Source of the DNA: Epiperipatus broadwayi
Taxonomy: Eukaryota; Animalia; Onychophora
NCBI GenBank assembly: GCA_028023455.1
Contig: JAQFVV010000005.1
Span: forward strand, 21,204,001-21,268,000
Direction of reading: 5' to 3'
Length of the DNA stretch: 64,000 bases
Shown: positions 37,930-49,569 of the stretch, piece after piece
How positions within the stretch are numbered: position 1 is the first letter of the stretch
Layout of the letters: the number at the start of each line of letters is the position of its first letter
Program-made: the position numbers and the translations under genes
The notes under the pieces: generated by a model
What the model was told of the DNA's origin: nothing
Seen by the model: the letters and a program-made list of their open reading frames with translations, nothing else
Database searches by the model: none

Positions 37930-38871
37930 TATCTCTAATATATTTATAAAATGTTATACCGTCACTAAGATTGCATAAGAGTTGTATGCTTGCAGATTAA
38001 GTTATAAAAAAGTACAACGGAAAAGTAATGCACGATGATGAAGACGTTTAAGAGGATTACATAATATAGGTTAACCGTCGAAACTGCATTTTAATGATCA
38101 TTAATCATTTTCTGATGATTTTATTCATTTGTTTGAAGAAGTGAAATGTTTAATGGATTTTCAAAAACATGTATAAATAAATTGCATTTGTTTTTTTATT
38201 TTCCAGGTGTAAAAATAAGTCACAGTTATTTGCTAGATAATCAGTAGCAAAAAACATCGCCCATATCTTGTCTAATTTTGATTTCTAATCGGATAAATGT
38301 AAAAAAAAATATCTTGATTGGCTGATAAATGTGAGATTCTGGCTAAGGTGGGGGGAAACATGTTAAAAGATAAATGTTTGTCAATCCAAGTAAAATATAG
38401 AATTAAAGATTTTTTTCAAATCAACTAGAAATTCAAATCATCTAGAAATTTTTTCTAGTTGAAGTCGTTAATAATTATACTTTGATTTGGATATAATTTG
38501 AAAATCAAAGGTCATCGACACCCACTCTTCAAAACATGACCCTGTTGACAATTTAAACAAGAAACAAAAAAATTATATACTTTATTTTTCCAATAGCAAT
38601 TAAAAGTTATTAAAGTGATTTTTTATATAAAATTATTAACTCACTTTTTTTATTCGTGATTTTTTTCCACTTATATATCTACTATATTTTATTATTTCTA
38701 CCCATTCATTATAACTCTTCTTTTATTATCTATTTCCTCCATGGAATTTGTTTGCCAAACCATTTCATTTAATATTTTTTTAAAAAAATCTTATTAACCT
38801 ATCTTTTATACCTTATTGTTTTTACTGCATTCTTGTTTTATTTGTAATCTAATATGTACACATTTTATGTC

Positions 38872-39350
38872 CTTCCAATCTCATTACATTTATGCCATCT
38901 AGTGTAAGTTTTAGTAATCAATAGATGCCAGGTAATTTTTAGTAAAAAATGTTTATCCAGTGCATATTTAAATATTCTCAGATTACTTTCTAGCTTATGG
39001 CTTTCTGAGATTTTGGATTTTTGAATAATTCATTTGGACCTTTTGGATCTAATGCATCTTTACTTAGCAGTCATTTTTATTTTATTTTTATTTTTATACG
39101 TTAAACTATGAGTTCAAATTGGAAACCTGTAAAATATAACTGCTAAGGCAAAAGTGGATTAGATCCAAAAGGTCCAAATAAATTGTTCAAAAATCCAAAA
39201 AGTTCCCACTGATGAAAGCAATAAATTAGAAACTAATTGGAGATATTTGGTTAGGGTACCACTGAATAAAAATTTATTAAGAACTGCCATCTGGAATCTA
39301 TTGCTTACTACAGCTTAGACTAGATTGCATAAACATTATGACATTGGAAG
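38872..39350. mobile_element. Old fold-back/MITE-like element with ~200-bp inverted arms
   Basis: 38872-39073 pairs with 39137-39350 (e.g. atttggaccttttggatctaat / attagatccaaaaggtccaaat). No clear TSD. Confidence 0.7.
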
Positions 39351-40914
39351 AAAATAACTCAGATTGCTACTAGATGGCAAAACCATATAATGTTTTGTAG
39401 ATCATTTGACATCAGCATTGTTTCCCTTGTTAATTGTTTTAAACCATTTTTCATTTTAATATGTCTAAATACACTGGAAAGTAGTTAATAGTGAAGCTAA
39501 AGCAAATGGCTGAGTGCTTTAGAGAAATATATCTTCCCATAAATATCTTCTCATGATTATGACAAGATAAACTTCTCAAAACTTTTCAGCCACTTAATAT
39601 TACAAGTCATATCTTAGCTTAACCAATAACAACATTCCTACACATTTAGATATATTACTTGTTTAATTGGAAAGTCTGTGTTTCTTTCACTATTACATTT
39701 TTTCATTTTGTTTGCTTTTTTATTTATTTTACTGTTTTTAATTATTACGTTATTTATATTGTTTAAAACTATATTGATTAACATTAATATATATATATTT
39801 TCTTTTGCTATATTCAAAATAAATGAAATTTTAAATCATATCTTATATTTGTTATATGCATACATGGCAAATACTAAAAACTAAATTATTCAGTATAATA
39901 GACCAAATATACCAATTTAAAATAGTAGCTCCATCAAAATTCACTACTAATCATTTCTCTGCCAAGGCAGTCTTCTCATGTGAATCAACAACATGCATAA
40001 AATCTTAATATTTTCAGATTCATGATATTTCTTTAAGAGTTTCTTTTATTTTTTATTTTTCTGAAAGAAGGCAATCTTAACTTGTTTAAATAAAATCTTA
40101 CAGTCTGTCTTCTTCTCATGAATATATGATATTTTTATTGAACTTAAAGTCTATGTCCAAGAATAGGTTGTCTATTATTTTTTTAATTTCACAATCCAAT
40201 CTGCCGAAGATATGATTTTACAATAACGGATCCTAGAGTTTGATTGGACTTATGAAATTGTCATCCTATTGTTTTAGAATTTTACAGATTCTCTTTAATG
40301 AAATTTTTCTAATGCTTTTATATTATAACAAAAGGGATTCAAAATCTCAGTTTCATATAATAAACTGAATAAAACAACAGCTTACTTAATTACTTTAATG
40401 GCAGTAATCATATCATTGCAGTGAAATATTTTATCTTGTTAAAAGAATTGGTAATTAATAATCATCCAAGCTAAAAATTGACGATTTTTATCCCATCATT
40501 GGTTAATAAAAGACATATTTTGTAATATTAATTACTAAACCAAAGTATTTAAATGACATTCTGTAGATTACACACTAAGTTATTGATTGCACCAAAATCT
40601 TTTTAACAGTAAAGCTTATTTCAGCCTTCTTAATGATTTAGCACTGCCAGCTCTACAAGAGGACTACAATTGTGTGTCAGATCAACTCACAAGAGCTGCT
40701 ATTGAATATGGCTAAAGATTGGATGTTGCATTTAGATTTAGTTTTCTTTCAATTTTCATTTGAACCCAGTAATATATCTTTAATGTGTGTTGGAATACAT
40801 CTTTTTTGCTCACATTGAAGGGGATTCACATTAGTTTATCATGTTTTTAAATTAGTACCTTAACAACATATTTGTCTAAATCCAATAGACTATGACATTA
40901 TTTACCCTCTAGGT

Positions 40915-43900
40915 CAGGGGTGGGCAACCTATGGCACCTGTGCCATGCTTGGGGATGTCAACAGTTATCAATGGCACTTGGAATAAATTGAAATAGTAAA
41001 AAAAATATTTTAATTACAGCTTTTTTTTTTGTTTTTACATTCAACATTGAATTTACAATTAAATCATTATGTATCAGAAAATAATACACTTGACTTCATT
41101 TTAAAGATATTTTTATTTGCAAGGGAAATAAATTCTCTGTATTCACATTTTACTTCTGATAATATTAAAAAATGAGATGTAATCCAAATAAAAAGCTTAT
41201 TACATTATCAATTCTAGAAAGTTATTTTTGGTAGTTGAATGGTAAATAATCGATGTTCATTGATGGCACTTCTTTTGAAAAAGAGATATTGGGTGCGAGT
41301 TAATTTATGATAATAGCAAGGAAAGTAGTTTACTGTTTAAGGCTCAAATGGGATCTTTAGCAACAAGAGAATATACATGTAAATGGAGAAATATGGGTGA
41401 TTTAGTCTGCAAGCTGTGTAAGGAAGGTATAGAAAATATTAGTCATCTGTTGATTGAATGTAATTGCCTGAAAGCAAAAAGAATACAAATAATGAAGTTA
41501 TGGAAGAATAAATATGAACAAAGTGATTATACAGAAAGTAGCTTATTGGTTTTTATGCTATGTTTGGGTAAAGATAAAGGTTTTTAGAGATCTAAAGGCC
41601 ATGGAGTTGACAAAGATTATGTTGTGGAAATGGAATGGAGCAGAGTAGAAAAGAATATGGATAACTTGGGGTGGGAATGGAAAGAGGTTCAAAGTGGCTA
41701 ACAGGTTTCTCTGGGCATAGTTGCTGAGAGATTCCTTACTCCATATAAGGATAAGTCACAGTGCACCACATTACATCTCATGGCATACTGATTGACTGAG
41801 AGATTCCCAAAATGTGCCATAAAAGACAAAAATATGATATTCACTCTTTTCAAGACTCTTGGACAAATTAAAGATCGTGCTGTGTTTACATTATGCTGTT
41901 AAAAAGTGAATCTATAAAAAGAGCTGTTTCTGTCTTTAAGAAACAAACTACTTATATTTAGTCAAATAATCGGAACCCAAAATAAAGTGACTGAATGTAA
42001 ATATACAATTGCTCATTGTGTGGCTTCGAAAGGCAAACTTTTCACAGATGGACAATTCATCAAAGAAACGTTTTTGAAAAGTGCTGAAATCTTATTCAGT
42101 GATCTACCAAATAAACAAATGATACTGTCTCAAATTCGAGAAATATCAGCTTCTGCAAGATCAATTCAAAGAAGAATAACTGACATGGCCGAAGATGTAA
42201 CAACAAAGCAGAAAACCAGTTTACAACATGCTGTTGCATTCAGGGTTGCTGTCGATGAAAGCACTGATGTAAATGATGTGGCATGCCTAGAAATAGTTAC
42301 ATGATATTGTGACAACAATCATATTTATGAAGGATTGTGTTGCTTAATTTCTCTTACTGGTACAACAAATGGACATGATATTTTCACTGCATTTTTCAAT
42401 TATTTTGAAAATCAAAAAATTAACATAAATAAAATATTTAGTATTACTACTGATGCCAGCCATGCAATGGTCGGGAAAGGAAAAGGGATTTGTTAAACTT
42501 CTTGAAAATCATATTAAACATCGAATATTGAGCTTCCATTGCATTTTACACCAGGAAAATTTAATTGCAAAAATCTCATCACAATGCTTGAATTCCGTAA
42601 TGGACCCTGTCATTAAAATAATTAATTTCATAGTTTCTCATTCTTCATTAATACATATGTAATTTAAATCCCTTTCGCAAGAAATGAATAGTACATATAT
42701 AGACCTCTCTCTATACAGCAATGTTCATTGGATTAGTCGAGGTAATGTCTTGAACTGGTTTGTATCATGTCTGAAAGAAATCAAGATGTTTCTTGATGAA
42801 AAAGAACAACATTATCCAGAAATAAATGATGAAGACTGGTTATGCAAATTGGTGTTTCTGACTGATATAACTCAACACCTGAATGAGTTAAACTTGCATT
42901 TGCAAGGGAAGGGTCAAACACTACTAGAACTTTTTGAATATTGGAAAGGATTTGCATCAAAATTGGATTTGCATCAAAATTAGATATATTTTGACATGAT
43001 ATTACCACTAACACATACAAGTACTTTCCAAATCTAAAGGCCCATGCAATTCAATTTAATGTTAACAAAGATGAACTTCAAAAATACATTGAAGCTCTTA
43101 GAAAAGAATTTTCCAGATGTGAAAACTTTCAAATACACACACCCATATTTTCTTTCCTCATCAAATCTGACTTAATTGATTTAAAGATGACTCCATTTGA
43201 TTTATCTCTTTTTGAGTGGATGGATATTGATGGTTTTGAAATGGAATTAATCGAATTAATGTCATCAGAATTGTGGAAAACTAAATTTATAGAAATGTGG
43301 AAAACTCTTGAAGGGAACTGTCTAGAAAAGTCAGCTGTCATTCTCAATTTTTGAATATTATTACCTGAAAGTTTTAATTACCTGAAAGTTTTAATTATTT
43401 GAAGAAAAAAAACTGCTTGTGCTCTACTTTCAGCATTTGGTTCAACTTACTTATGTAAACAAATTTTTTCACATATGAAAAATATTTTGAGTTCACAAAG
43501 AAGTTGCCTAACACCTGAACATTCAGAAGCATGGGTAAAGCTAAAAGTGACCAGTTACATACCTGACATTGAGCAAAGAGGTACAAGGGTAAGATTCACA
43601 TTAATTTGTTTTAATAATAAAAAATGGATAATAATATTACAATTCATGATATTTTTTCTTATTTAAATTATATATTTTGTATGGGTAAAAAGTTGTAATT
43701 TATAATTTGTAATATAATTTTTAATAAGCATGTTAAAAATTACAAATTTAAAAAAAGGTACTTTTCACATGATTCTAAGTATTTTAAAATATTGAATGAC
43801 CAATAATATAAGATCCAGTTATAATGGATTTCAAAAGCATATATTATATAGTAGTATATATTATATACTATAATATTATATATAACTTTGAAGCCCATTA

Positions 43901-44013
43901 TAACTGAACCGATTTTGATAATATAATATAAGATTGGTAAAATCATGTCGGTATGCGGAATAACATTGTAACATAGGTTTGGCACCACACTACTAAAAGG
44001 TTGCTGATCCATG
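40915..44013 (+). mobile_element. hAT DNA transposon (SPIN/Charlie, GTF2IRD2/EPM2AIP1-like transposase), decayed
   Basis: TIRs caggggtgggcaacc / ggttgctgatccatg; 8-bp TSD ctctaggt (40907-40914, 44014-44021). Transposase motifs DESTD, FHCILHQE, HWISRG and FGSTYLC..FS in frameshifted ORFs at 41987-43570. Confidence 0.9.
41283..41772 (+). mobile_element. LINE 3' fragment inside the hAT element
   Basis: Homologous to 13318-13772. ORF 41348..41587 has CKLCKEGIENISHLLIEC. Confidence 0.8.
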
Positions 44014-44475
44014 CTCTAGGTAATAAAATCTAAATACCCATTTACTGACCAAATTACTTAACTTGCTGGAATAGGTCAAACTTAACTGTTTGGAGAAAAA
44101 TCTTTACATTGCATTGGAAATTCTCAACATTATTCACGATTTGAATTTAAATTATGGTAAGTCGCATTACAAGAAATAGTAACAAAAAATCAGCTTATAT
44201 GATAAAATAACAGCTCTCTTCTCAAAGCGCCACCTACCATAAACTTCAGTAATTTGTGATTTAAATGCAATAAGACATCTGGTAATCATTCGTTATTTAA
44301 GCTTTCAGTAGTTGGCTTTAGATTAGAGAGCTCTTATTTTATTATAAGAGGTATTGATAGTTCCCAACATATCATAGGCAGTATCTAAATAAATAAATAA
44401 TAATAAGCCAATTTGACATTTGTGTTTATAAGTAAGTAAGTGCTAATATAATAACTTTGGGCATTATTTTTTCAG

Positions 44476-44703
44476 GCAGGGCCATTCCAGTATGGTGGAA
44501 GAAATTTTAAAAGACATTGATCACAAACCTGATGCTGTGGTTGCGTCAGTGGGGGGAGGAGGGTTATCTTGTGGTATTATACAAGGAATGAAGAAAATAG
44601 GTTGGAATGATGTTCCTCTGGTTGCCGTAGAAACAATTGGAGCCGATAGTTTCAATGCAGCTGTTAAAGCTGGCAAGCTAATAACACTTCCTCACATTAC
44701 CAG
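44476..44703 (+). CDS. SDS: L-serine dehydratase/L-threonine deaminase (SDS/SDSL-like), 228-nt internal exon
   Basis: tttttcAG|g cag ggc cat...att acc ag|GTAAGA encodes (W)QGHSSMVEEI..KPDAVVASVGGGGLSCGIIQG..GWNDVPLVAVETIGADSF..GKLITLPHIT(S), including the PLP phosphate-binding SVGGGGL loop. Confidence 0.95.
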
Positions 44704-45160
44704 GTAAGAATTAGATGCCATGAAAAATTTCTCGAAAATTTTCATTGACTTTTTTTAAAATACATAAGATCGATCTTTTTCTTTTTACCATGTCTTGATA
44801 TTGCATGTGTTGTTACCGAAGGACGATCAGCTTTACACATTATAAAAGATTAAAAATGAATTCCTCCCTCCCATCACTCCCACTATCCAGTGGAAAACGG
44901 GGAGAGGGAGTCATTTTTAATTACATTTAAAATATATTACGTATTGCTCTTATAGGAATTTATAAATAAAAAAAATGTAAATTACAGCCTCTTAATATTA
45001 ACCTATTAATTATTTTGAATTTAGATTCAGTGAACTCGACAAGATGATTTTAAATTATAGGTTCAATATTTATAATGTTTTAATGTGAAAGGCAAAAATA
45101 AAAGATTGGTGTTTACAAAATAGAAAAATATAACAATTATTTAGTGTTTAAAATTTTCTA

Positions 45161-45690
45161 TATTGAACTTAATGTAATTAGAAGGGATTTGAATTCAAAC
45201 TCTTCAACCTTCCTGCAGCTATCCAATTCTATTTTATACAACCAATACACATGACCACATACATGTGAAAAATATAAATGATCTCCAATATATATTTCGT
45301 TCTGAATCAGGACTCATCACTTGGTCTAAATCATCATCTCCAAAACACAAATATAATCAGTGCTCAGTGTATATTAAAATAGGAGATCTTCAATCCTTAA
45401 TCAACCGGCTTCAGTCTTCTCCACCCTCCAACTCCTCAGCGAACCATGTCATTGAAAATCTGATGATGGAATACTCAAAGCTCTTGTTGGTGCCAATATT
45501 ATTGTCACACCCATGTTGACTTTAAATCACTCTGATCCCTTATATATAGAACCTTAATAAGTTCGTTTAAATACACAGAAGACGGGCAGAATACAGGTGG
45601 AATATTTAATGTTTAAATACAAGTATACTGTCTATTCTAACTTAATGTAATTAGAAGAGATTTAAATTTGGACTTTCAAGCTCCCTAATC
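45161..45690 (-). mobile_element. Second, diverged copy of the family A ~475-nt monomer (about 1.1 units)
   Basis: The reverse complement aligns along the whole 18880-19357 unit. Terminal direct repeat aacttaatgtaattagaag at 45166 and 45639 (473 nt apart). Mutated HHR (GTGATGA) at 45278-45334. Confidence 0.75.
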
Positions 45691-47259
45691 CCTTCTAATA
45701 ACAATTATTTAGGAAAATAATCTAATAAGTTAATTATTTTGGAGATTGGGTGATATCAATAAACTAAAAATGGCTGACTAGACTAATCTAAAAATCTTTA
45801 GTTTTGGAAGTCATCATTCACAAAGGTAACAATTGTATAGTCAGTTGTTGGGAGCTTATGTAACATTCCAATACCCTAGGGTCAATTGAGCACAACAATT
45901 TCATCTATTTGACTGAACTGAGTGGGGGAAATTTACTTTGCATCAGATGGGACTCATTCCTAGGACTTTTATTCCAAACTCATGACTGCATTACTGAACT
46001 AAACTGCAAAGGCTTAACTGTTACTAATGTCAATCTGTCGTAAATTAGTTTTGAATCTCAAAATTCTAAAAGAAAGAGATCGTGATGCTATATTTACTCA
46101 TTTTCTTTAACATACTAATTCAGTAAATGGGGGAAATCCACTGTACTGAAAAGTTTCAAAATTATAATTGTTTTTATTGTTAGCACTGCTTTCGACCAGG
46201 CCAGTCATACTCTTAGCATAAAGACAAATATGTGGTAGATCAAACATGTAGACTAATTAATATGCAAGGCTGTAAATTTACATATCATTTGCATGATAAT
46301 GCAATGCATCAATCTTTTTTATTTATCACACTGATATTGTTTGCAATAAACTACACATCTTTGTATTTTATCTTTCGATTATTGTGACTCGTATTGTATA
46401 TAAAATTTACAGACTTACATATTAATTAATCTACAGGTGTGTTCTCTCACATATCTGCAATGGTGCAATGAATATGACCAGCCTGTCGAAAATAGTGCTA
46501 AGCAATAAAAACATTTATAATTTTTAATCTTTCCTGTACATTGTACCTTCCCTATTTATTCAATTACAAATGAATAAATAAAACCTATTGATTTAACATA
46601 CTAAATATAAATAATATCTGTTCGTTCCCTTTTGCTTCAGAATTTGTATTCTTGTAGCAATTGAAAGTACACACAAAAAAGCTTGCTTCTATAATAGAGT
46701 GATGATGATTCTTTAAGTTCTAGATTTTTGCTCACCATTTGTCATTTGGTTACTACAAAACAGCTATGAGATGAATATAAATTGTCATATAAATTCTAAT
46801 CAATATCTTTTATTTGAACCTGGTATTAGAAATTAGAGCTAATATAATAATTGGGAATAATCGTTTTTAAATATCTTTTTCATATCTAATAATGTCTTTA
46901 TTTACATATATTTACATTACTCAAACTTTACTTCCTAGTATAAGCTTGCGTTATCAATAGATATTAGATGGTAGTTCTTATTAAATCCCTGTCCAGTATT
47001 GTTCTGTCCATATTATCAGTTTACTTTCTGGATTAAATCTTTCTCCAGTGAAGAACTTTTTGGATTTGAATCCAAGTCCAAAAAGCTCTCCACTGACCTA
47101 GATCATTAAAATCAGAAACTAGTCTGGCTATTTGAATAGGATACTGGATAGGTATTTAATGCATCATCACCTAATATGTATTGATTACTCTTGATTAAAT
47201 TGGGTGACAATAATATAATACCAATGAACAGTTGCTGCTCATAAATAAGTAAGACCATT

Positions 47260-47780
47260 CTAATTCCAATTTTTTAAAAAATCACCAGAAATAAGTTTTA
47301 TGATGACTATACAAAACAATCTGCGTAACACAACTATATCCACATATACAATATTCTAGTCCATTTTTTGTTTAGTTGACATTTTATGATATTGTCTTCT
47401 AATTTCTTCAGAAAACATTTCTTTCTGAAATACTTCAATACCATGTATAATTGTAATTCTCAGATGTATTCTTTGTCATATCTTCCTAATAGAAACAATT
47501 GACAGTTCACTTCTTTAAGCTGTCTTTGAGATAATCTTTATAGCATAAATAAAGTCTACCTCTCCCATGAAGCCATGCTTAAGTTCACCATAAAATATCC
47601 TTTTAGGATAATTGTAATTCTCAGATGTATTCTTTGTCATATCTTTCTAATAGAAACAATTGACAGTGCACCTCTTTAAGATGTCCTTGAGATAATCTTT
47701 ATAGCATAAATAAAGTCTACCTCTCCCATGAAGCCATGCTTAAGTTTACCATAAAATATTCTTTTAGGAAAGATCTTTGC
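47260..47780 (-). mobile_element. RTE-BovB-like 3' fragment with a 161-bp internal tandem duplication
   Basis: PKRIFYGEL...CYKDYLK and a C-terminal CICG..C......SHH zinc finger. Duplicate units 47447-47607 and 47608-47768. Confidence 0.7.
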
Positions 47781-47852
47781 TAATTGCTCAACAAGCTTTG
47801 TGATAAATGCTTAGCCAGAGAAAGCATTTAAAATATCTCTATCAGTAACCAC

Positions 47853-47910
47853 ACCCAAACACATGACCAATGGTTTCATGCTTTGGCACTCCTCAGAGCG
47901 GCTCCAGGGT
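47853..47910 (-). ncRNA. Hammerhead copy with intact core but unpaired stem I
   Basis: CTGAGGA gtgc caaa gcat GAAAC cattg GTC; flanks gccgct/atgtgt do not pair. Confidence 0.6.
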
Positions 47911-47982
47911 GATTGCTCAACAAGCTTTGTGATAAATGCTTAGCCAGAGAAAGCATTTAAAATATCTCTGTCAGCCCCCCCC

Positions 47983-48036
47983 CCCAACCCCTGACCAATG
48001 GTTTCATGCTTTGGCACTCCTCAGAGAGGCGCTAGG
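47983..48036 (-). ncRNA. Type I hammerhead ribozyme, intact, GUC triplet
   Basis: cctag-cg-cctct CTGAGGA gtgc caaa gcat GAAAC cattg GTC agggg-ttggg. Stems I, II and III all pair. Confidence 0.85.
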
Positions 48037-49247
48037 ATAGTTTCAGATACATTAGTCTTGTATTTAATAATGTCAATAGTTTAGTCTTAAAGAGCATTGT
48101 GTAAATGTCGTCTAATGTTTTTATTTCATTTACATATGTGTAAGTAAGAATGGTCTTAATTTTCATAGCATCCTATTCCTTATAAAATTTATTATTATTA
48201 TGATTACGATATTTCTCAGTATTGTAAACCTCAGCTTTAAATAAATTTATTTTATTACAAATTCAAACCTGTTATTAAAAATGTTTTAACTTTTTTTGAA
48301 CTATTATATATAGTCTATTTTAATCTAAGGTTTGTCTCAATCTAAAGTTTTTTTAATTTACACTTTTTTAAGGGCCTAGTGTGCTGATTTACGATCGACT
48401 TGTTTTATAAAATAACGTTCAAAAATAAAAGCATTAATAAAATGTCCACGTGATTTTAGTCAGTAACTTTGGGCTTAGCTTGAATCAGCACTGATCCTCA
48501 AAATTGGAAAATGTTATTAAAGTGTTTCTTTATGAGTTTTAGCGAAGTATTTTTTAAATGGGTGTTTTGTACTCCTTGAAACTCTTTATAATAACTTTTT
48601 TTTTTTGTTAAAGATAACTTTTAAACATTCAAGAACAGAGATTTATGAGAATGTTTGTTAGAGAAACAATATCGCTTTAAGTCTTTATTTAAATAGAAGC
48701 AATTTTATCAAAGTAATATGAAGTTGAATTTGCTGATCCAAAAATATTTCTCTCGTTTACCAAAATCTTTCTCTTTTTTATATTATAATGCTTATATTTT
48801 TTTTCTTTTGTTTATTTTTTTAAAGAGATATATTTAAAACTTTTAGTTCTCAGCACTCACTTCAAACTCGTGAATAAAAACATCTAAAATTGTATTTTTG
48901 GCTAAACAGTACTCTTCAATTAACCCAAGTCACAATCTTTTACATGACTTCATTATTTTTACTCATTATTTATCAATGTCAAATTACTTATAAATGTCAA
49001 TTTCTTGTTATCACACATTCAACATTCTTTTTAGAGTCGTTATTACTAATCATTAATTAGGTTTAGAGATTAATGTATTATTTTTAGCCTAGATATAAAC
49101 TTTAAACATAATTAAAAATTAATATATTTGAGAAAGTTTGTTTATTCCTTTTAAAATAGTATGCTCAATTCATTTAACATAGTAAGCTTGGCATGCTTTC
49201 AACTAGCTTGTAGTCATAATCAAAACAGAAATACTTCAAGCAAATTA

Positions 49248-49468
49248 TCACATGATCCTCAACCATCCATGCTATCTCATACCACTGATACACTTGATCC
49301 ACACATGTTGAAAAGATAAATAATCACCAATACATGTATTTCGTGCTAACCCAGCACTTGACATGTGGGTGATCAAGTGTATCAGTGGTATGAGATAGCA
49401 TGGATGGTTGAGGGTCATGTGAAAATCTGAGTTCAAACCCCTATATATTACATATATATGTGCAGGTA
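49248..49468. mobile_element. Third fold-back insertion of HHR family A (~60-bp arms, truncated HHR in the loop)
   Basis: Arms 49248-49308 and 49361-49422. The loop on the minus strand reads gtgct gggtt agcac GAAA tacatgta ttggt and lacks CTGATGA. Confidence 0.8.
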
Positions 49469-49569
49469 TGAAAAAGCATGTACTATAGGAAAAAGAATTC
49501 AAGCAAATTATGTTATTTATCAAGATAGAGATTTTCAGTGTGCTAATAACAAAATGTAAATGAGTAAAT

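Larger units (their letters stand above)
47783..48036 (-). repeat. Tandem dimer of a 128-129-nt hammerhead-containing unit
   Basis: Units start at 47783 and 47912. HHR cores at 47890-47896 and 48018-48024. Confidence 0.85.

Noticed and set aside
38026-38090. HHR-like tgatga..gacg..cgtc GAAAC motif
   Set aside because: The core lacks the CUG start and there is no stem III or NUH triplet. At best a remnant, so it is not listed as a feature.
45265-45519. ORF shared between the 19-kb and 45-kb family A copies (YNQCS.YIKI..) as a PLE N-terminus
   Set aside because: By-eye count gives about 5 synonymous out of about 22 differences, close to neutral. The segment is part of the closed ~475-nt monomer rather than leading into an RT.
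46430-46520. Candidate downstream SDS exon after ctacAG
   Set aside because: No frame resembles the expected VAK.LG..V or EPACGA motifs.
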